Shown here: positions 59,295 through 64,000 of the stretch, in pieces | How the letters are laid out: the number at the start of each line of letters is the position of its first letter | Position numbering within the stretch: position 1 is the stretch's first letter | NCBI GenBank assembly: GCA_020720815.1 | Contig: DYNY01000004.1 | Location: 1,783-65,782, forward strand | Source: Candidatus Elulimicrobium sp. | Lineage (GTDB): Bacteria; Patescibacteriota; Minisyncoccia; Phycocordibacterales; UBA918 | Length of the DNA: 64,000 nt | Direction: 5' to 3' | Program-made: the position numbers and the translations under genes | The notes under the pieces: generated by a model | What the model saw: only the letters and a program-made list of their open reading frames with translations | What the model was told of the DNA's origin: nothing | Databases searched by the model: none

Positions 59295-61187
59295 ATGTTT
59301 GTTATTGAGATAATTCCCCTTATCCGCGGGACAAAAATTAATACCCTCTCCTACTACAGCAGTACTGATTATGCGGTAGGCACTTTTCTTGATATCATGA
59401 TACGAAATAAACGCCAAAGAGCTGTCGTGACAGCAACCTTTGCCGTTTCTGAATCAAAAACCGAACTAAAGAACGCTGCCTTTACCTTACAAAAACTTTT
59501 ACCCCAAAGTCAGATTTCATCAGTCCCGGAACATATACACGAGACAGCAAAAAAACTGACCAGGATATACCCTTGCGGTGTGGGTGCTATTCTTTTCCAG
59601 CTACTACCGCCAGAAGTACGCGATGGGCGATACCAGTACCCAAAAATATCGACATTGATTCAAAATGAAGAGTCTATACCTAAAATCTTAACTGCTCCAA
59701 AAAGTGACCGTTTTGTCGTTTACCGTAGTCATATTCGCAGTGTCCTAGCCAGACGTGGTTCAGTAATGTTTATTGCCCCAACCAGCGCTGATGTAGCCAT
59801 GGCAGTCAAACAATTATCCCAAGGGATTGAAGATAGAATTGTTACTTTTTCTCCCAACCAAACACCTAAAGAGAGGATGAGAGCCTTCGTTGCTTTTGAA
59901 GATACTAGTTTGGCTAAAATAATTATCACTACACCTAGTCACGCCTATCTAGATAGAGTAGATCTTCTTTCTGTCATCATAGAAAACGAGGCTAGTGACT
60001 TTTATCGTAGCCGTGTCCGTCCTTATTTAGATCACCGTACCGCTCTAATTATCCATGCCAAAACTACTGGCCGTAGTATTTTACTTGGCGATGTCCTGCC
60101 TAGACCAGAAACGGAACACAAAAGACGAGCCGAGTACTATAGTACCGAAGGCGAGGAAACCAAGCGAATCGCTTTTTCCTCACCACTAACAATTGTCGAA
60201 CAAAAAGATAAACCCACCCCCGAAAATCCTTTCACTTTATTTTCCAAGGAATTGAAACAAAGAATTACGGCTATCTTAAGTAGTCGCGGTAGAGTTTTTC
60301 TCTATGGCGCTAGACGCGGTATTTCTCCAGTAGTAACTTGTATTGATTGTGGACATATTTTTCGTTGCCCAGACTCAGGCACACCTTATTCTTTGATTCG
60401 CACTATAAAGGGCGGTAAAGAGGAGCGGTGGTTTGTTTCTGGTACTTCCGGCAAACGTTTACGGGCCGTTGATACCTGCCCTGATTGTGGTTCCTGGCGA
60501 CTACGTGAACGAGGGATTGGAATTCAATCAGTTTATGATGACTGCCTAAAATGTTTCCCTAAACAAAAAGTCCTACTCTTTGATCATCTTACCGCCAGCA
60601 CTAACAAACGAGCTACGGATATAATTTCTGACTTTTACGCTGACCGTAGCACTATTCTCATTGGCACGGGAATAGCTTTACCCTACCTAGCCCACCAAGG
60701 AGTAGACCTTAGCGCTGTAATATCACTTGATGCTACCAGGGCGAACCCTACCTGGCGAGCCGATGAAAACGTACTCCGACTACTTCTGCAACTGCGAGAA
60801 TTTTCCCACAAAGAAGTGTTAGTCCAAACTAGGACTTCGACCGATAGTCTGCTTGAATGCGCTAGTACTGGCTTGATAGAAAGTTTTTATACGGAAGAAT
60901 TATCACTCCGAGAAACCTTAAAATACCCTCCTTTTGCTACTTTTATTTTACTTAGCTGGCAAGGTGACATTGCCACCGTAGGAAAAATCGAGGTGGAAAT
61001 AAAAAAACGTATCGGTGAGTTTGTTGCTAGTTTCTATAATAATCCCATGTCTAATGACAAAAAAACTCTACGTCATGCCCTATTTAGAATACCCCCCAAA
61101 GACACTACTTACACGACCTTAATAGAAATAATTAGGACTTTCCCGCCGTACATAAAAATAGAAGTCGACCCAAACCGAATTGTATAA
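59295..61187 (+). CDS. priA: Primosomal protein N' (PriA)-like, degenerate helicase motifs
   Basis: N-terminal 3'BD-like LSYY, ARRG..CIDCG, CPDCGS..GIG, VLVQT, LKYPPF; upstream of def-fmt. Confidence 0.8.
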   Translation: MFVIEIIPLIRGTKINTLSYYSSTDYAVGTFLDIMIRNKRQRAVVTATFAVSESKTELKNAAFTLQKLLPQSQISSVPEHIHETAKKLTRIYPCGVGAILFQLLPPEVRDGRYQYPKISTLIQNEESIPKILTAPKSDRFVVYRSHIRSVLARRGSVMFIAPTSADVAMAVKQLSQGIEDRIVTFSPNQTPKERMRAFVAFEDTSLAKIIITTPSHAYLDRVDLLSVIIENEASDFYRSRVRPYLDHRTALIIHAKTTGRSILLGDVLPRPETEHKRRAEYYSTEGEETKRIAFSSPLTIVEQKDKPTPENPFTLFSKELKQRITAILSSRGRVFLYGARRGISPVVTCIDCGHIFRCPDSGTPYSLIRTIKGGKEERWFVSGTSGKRLRAVDTCPDCGSWRLRERGIGIQSVYDDCLKCFPKQKVLLFDHLTASTNKRATDIISDFYADRSTILIGTGIALPYLAHQGVDLSAVISLDATRANPTWRADENVLRLLLQLREFSHKEVLVQTRTSTDSLLECASTGLIESFYTEELSLRETLKYPPFATFILLSWQGDIATVGKIEVEIKKRIGEFVASFYNNPMSNDKKTLRHALFRIPPKDTTYTTLIEIIRTFPPYIKIEVDPNRIV

Positions 61188-61231
61188 TTAGTTCATTTGT
61201 GTTAATTTTCACTTAATAATCAAACCCTCAT

Positions 61232-61765
61232 ATGCCAAAATTAGTACCAGAAAACCACCCCGTCCTACATACCATGGCCGATGAAATTACTTCGGAAGAA
61301 TTAAAGGACGGCACGGCTAAGAAAATTATTAAAGATTTACGCGAGGCGATTAAGACCTACAAAGTCGATGGTTTTACAGCCGTAGCTATTGCCGCTCCAC
61401 AAATTGGTGTCAGTAAGAGAATTTTTATTATTGAAGACCAAAGTAACGATGAAGATAGATTGCCAACTATTATCGCTATCAACCCCCACTTTACCAAAGT
61501 TTCAAAAAAAACCCGAGTAGCCGGTGAAGGTTGTTTGTCTATACCTGACCGCTACGGACTAGTCCGTCGTTCAACTAATGTGACCATAGAAGCCACCGAT
61601 GAAAACGGCAAACATTATACTCGTGGTGCTGGCGGTCTATTGGCTCAAATTATGCAACATGAGCTCGACCACCTTGATGGCATACTGTTTACTGATCGTG
61701 CTGAGAAGATTTGGACCAAAGACGAACTAGCTGAACAAAAAGATAACCACCCTTCACTCGCATGA
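61232..61765 (+). CDS. def: Peptide deformylase
   Basis: AIAAPQIG, EGCLS, QHELDHLDG. Confidence 0.95.
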   Translation: MPKLVPENHPVLHTMADEITSEELKDGTAKKIIKDLREAIKTYKVDGFTAVAIAAPQIGVSKRIFIIEDQSNDEDRLPTIIAINPHFTKVSKKTRVAGEGCLSIPDRYGLVRRSTNVTIEATDENGKHYTRGAGGLLAQIMQHELDHLDGILFTDRAEKIWTKDELAEQKDNHPSLA

Positions 61766-62619
61766 AGTTTGCCTTCTTCGGGACTCCAGACCTAGCTGTT
61801 AATGCGCTGTTGGAATTAGAAACTTTTGGTTTAGTACCGAGCCTAGTAGTCACAACACCCGATGCACCCGTCGGGCGTAAGCAAATCGTCACTACCCCGC
61901 CAACTAAAGTTTGGGCTACGAAGCGAAGCATCCCCGTCTTTCAGCCTAATAGCCTCAAAAATCAAGACGACCTGACTCCACTCACTAATGAGAAATGGGA
62001 TTTTTTTGTAGTGTTTGCCTACGGCAAGATAATGCCGGAGTGGCTTCTAAATATTCCTAAATACGGCACTTTAAATGCTCATCCGTCTCTACTACCCAAG
62101 TTACGTGGTGCCAGTCCAATTCGTAGCACTCTCCTTCACGACTTAACTGCTTGTGGCGTTACGATTATTCAAATGGATTCAGAGATGGATCATGGGGCCA
62201 TCCTCTATCAGCAACCAGTCACCCTAGCTGAACCAATCCCTGGCGAAGAGCTAGATAAGACATTGAGTCTTATCTGTGGTAACCTACTCGCCCACGTCAT
62301 GCAAGAATTACCTAAGGGCAATATAACGGTGGTCCCTCAAGACCATACCCAAGCGACCTACTGTTCCAAAATTACTAAGGAAATGAGCGAACTTAAACTT
62401 GACCCGAAGAATCTCCCGATTGGAATCGAAGCCCGAGAAGCAATGCAAAAAATTATGGCTTTTTCTGGCTGGCCCGAAACATTTTTCATCCACGAAGGTA
62501 AACGCATCAAAATAAAATCCACTCATATTGATAAAGACACAAACCAACTCCATCTAGACCGCATCGTCCCCGAAGGAAAAAACGAAATGGATTTTTCTAC
62601 CTACTTTGGGAAATTATAG
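61762..62619 (+). CDS. fmt: Methionyl-tRNA formyltransferase
   Basis: FFGTPD, AYGKI, NAHPSLLPKLRGASPI, MDHG. Confidence 0.95.
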   Translation: MKFAFFGTPDLAVNALLELETFGLVPSLVVTTPDAPVGRKQIVTTPPTKVWATKRSIPVFQPNSLKNQDDLTPLTNEKWDFFVVFAYGKIMPEWLLNIPKYGTLNAHPSLLPKLRGASPIRSTLLHDLTACGVTIIQMDSEMDHGAILYQQPVTLAEPIPGEELDKTLSLICGNLLAHVMQELPKGNITVVPQDHTQATYCSKITKEMSELKLDPKNLPIGIEAREAMQKIMAFSGWPETFFIHEGKRIKIKSTHIDKDTNQLHLDRIVPEGKNEMDFSTYFGKL

Positions 62620-62640
62620 GTCAACAAAAAATAAATTAAT

Positions 62641-62672
62641 CAAACACCGCCATTCTAAGGTGGCGGTGTTTG
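62641..62672. terminator. Bidirectional terminator
   Basis: caaacaccgcca/tggcggtgtttg between convergent genes. Confidence 0.75.
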
Positions 62673-62701
62673 TGTTATTTTTCTATTACCTACTCTAGTC
62701 C

Positions 62702-63631
62702 CTAGTTAAAGTTTAAATCTACTGTTGGAGCAACAATCGGAGTATAAACTCCTTCCGGAAAACTAATGTTTCCATCCGGTGCTAATAGCAATACGGCCGG
62801 ATCTGCTGGTGGATTAAAGCCAGGTATGGCATTCCAACTAAGATCATACATTCCAGTTGGTAGATTGTTATAGGTTTGAGCGACACCAGAATCACCCAAC
62901 ACAACAGGACCACTAAGTGTCCAAGAAGCGGCTGGATTATTTGAAGTGATGTTAATTGTACCAAAGGTTGGATTTACCCAGGAAATTTCTAGAAAACCTT
63001 CCCCTCCCTCCCCCGGTTCATATGAATATCCTCTTCCGTCATAGTAAACACCTCCTCCACCTCCTCCACCTCCTCCATATGAGCCCATTGTTCCTGCATA
63101 ACAGTCGTACTCATAATATGCATTAGGACCTATACAATAGCCAACATCACCAGGAACTTGTAACCCAGGACTAAACCCTCCGATTCCACCTCCACCAGAA
63201 AAAGTACCCATCGGATCCGGACTACCATTTTCTCCAGCAATTCCAACAGGAATACCCCCTAGACCACCATTTGGAATGGTACCATCTTGTCCAGGCGCTA
63301 ATGATACAAATGTGCCCATTATTGTATTGTTCGCATAACCCCCAATAGTAATTGGAATAACCGAACCAGGAACTACTATAAAAGATTGATTTTTTATAAA
63401 AGCGCCAGAACCACCGCCACCTCCTCCGTTATATTGACCTCCAACATGACCATAACCACCAGGGCCAGATCCAGTAACAAATATTTGTGTCACCCCATAT
63501 GGTACCGTGAAGGAATAACTACCAGATGTAGGAAATTCTTGATAACCAGCTAAAGCAAATGGAGCCAGTACCAATAGCGCTAGAGCCGGGGTAAGATTAA
63601 ATAAAAATTGAGGTAGTTTTTTTTCTTTCAT
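62702..63631 (-). CDS. Secreted glycine-rich-domain protein
   Basis: Signal peptide; GSYSFTVPYGVT...GGGGGSGA glycine-rich domain; beta-rich C-terminus. Confidence 0.7.
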   Translation of the reverse strand: MKEKKLPQFLFNLTPALALLVLAPFALAGYQEFPTSGSYSFTVPYGVTQIFVTGSGPGGYGHVGGQYNGGGGGGSGAFIKNQSFIVVPGSVIPITIGGYANNTIMGTFVSLAPGQDGTIPNGGLGGIPVGIAGENGSPDPMGTFSGGGGIGGFSPGLQVPGDVGYCIGPNAYYEYDCYAGTMGSYGGGGGGGGGVYYDGRGYSYEPGEGGEGFLEISWVNPTFGTINITSNNPAASWTLSGPVVLGDSGVAQTYNNLPTGMYDLSWNAIPGFNPPADPAVLLLAPDGNISFPEGVYTPIVAPTVDLNFN

Positions 63632-63639
63632 ATATAAAT

Positions 63640-64000
63640 TTAATTCTTAAGTAGACTAATACTAACTCTAGATGTATCATCAGTTTTTTCAATCACCAAA
63701 TTAATTTCTTCACCCCGTCGCATTGCGTATATTGCACTTAATGATTTAGTTTGATTCTTGTTTAGAATAATCCACAGTTTATCGTTTAGAAATTTTTCAT
63801 ATGTTTCGTAGTTTTCAGTCAATGTCTTAGTGGAATCAAAGCTTGCTGTAAGCTGAGTTAAGTCTCCATAGTTAATACTATACCCATTGGTTATCTTGGC
63901 ATTAGTCTCCAAGAGTAATTCTTCCGGAAAACCCTCTGGCAGAGCTTCACCGGCACTGATTTTTTCTGGGCCAGTCTCAATAACTGAAGTCACTAGCTCT
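63640..64000 (-). CDS. Hypothetical protein (5' end probably outside the window)
   Basis: Frame stays open to the window edge. Confidence 0.5.
   Translation of the reverse strand, partial: ELVTSVIETGPEKISAGEALPEGFPEELLLETNAKITNGYSINYGDLTQLTASFDSTKTLTENYETYEKFLNDKLWIILNKNQTKSLSAIYAMRRGEEINLVIEKTDDTSRVSISLLKN

Noticed and set aside
1-64000. CRISPR array, rRNA, IS transposase, DGR reverse transcriptase or template repeat
   Set aside because: None recognised by eye; the repeats found are kilobases apart, not regularly spaced

Overview
Bacterial chromosome segment whose gene content and style resemble Patescibacteria/CPR (Parcubacteria-like; this taxonomy is inferred). Core genes include lemA/htpX, groES-groEL, secG, rnj, dnaX, dus, serS, dprA, topA, a short rel, parB, a degenerate priA, def and fmt, plus three tRNAs (Ser-GGA, Gln-CTG, Leu-CAA). 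There are two accessory regions. (1) 1-4.6 kb, at the 3' end of tRNA-Ser: a large serine recombinase gene is bracketed by a perfect 116-bp inverted repeat. Inverting the segment would put the gene downstream of the tRNA promoter and replace its tRNA-antisense-encoded tail with a silent in-frame alternative C-terminus at 2810-2869. This candidate self-inverting recombinase switch is the strongest find. Two related long hairpins with G-rich loops flank an adjacent XRE-phosphatase-kinase cargo. (2) About 35-44.4 kb, downstream of tRNA-Gln: an integrase-less cassette array separated by repeats containing a tRNA T-arm mimic. It carries a copper-oxidase cluster and two pseudogenes, and borders a DGR-target-like fragment and a truncated ZIP transporter gene. 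All product calls come from motif recognition by eye; no database searches were run.
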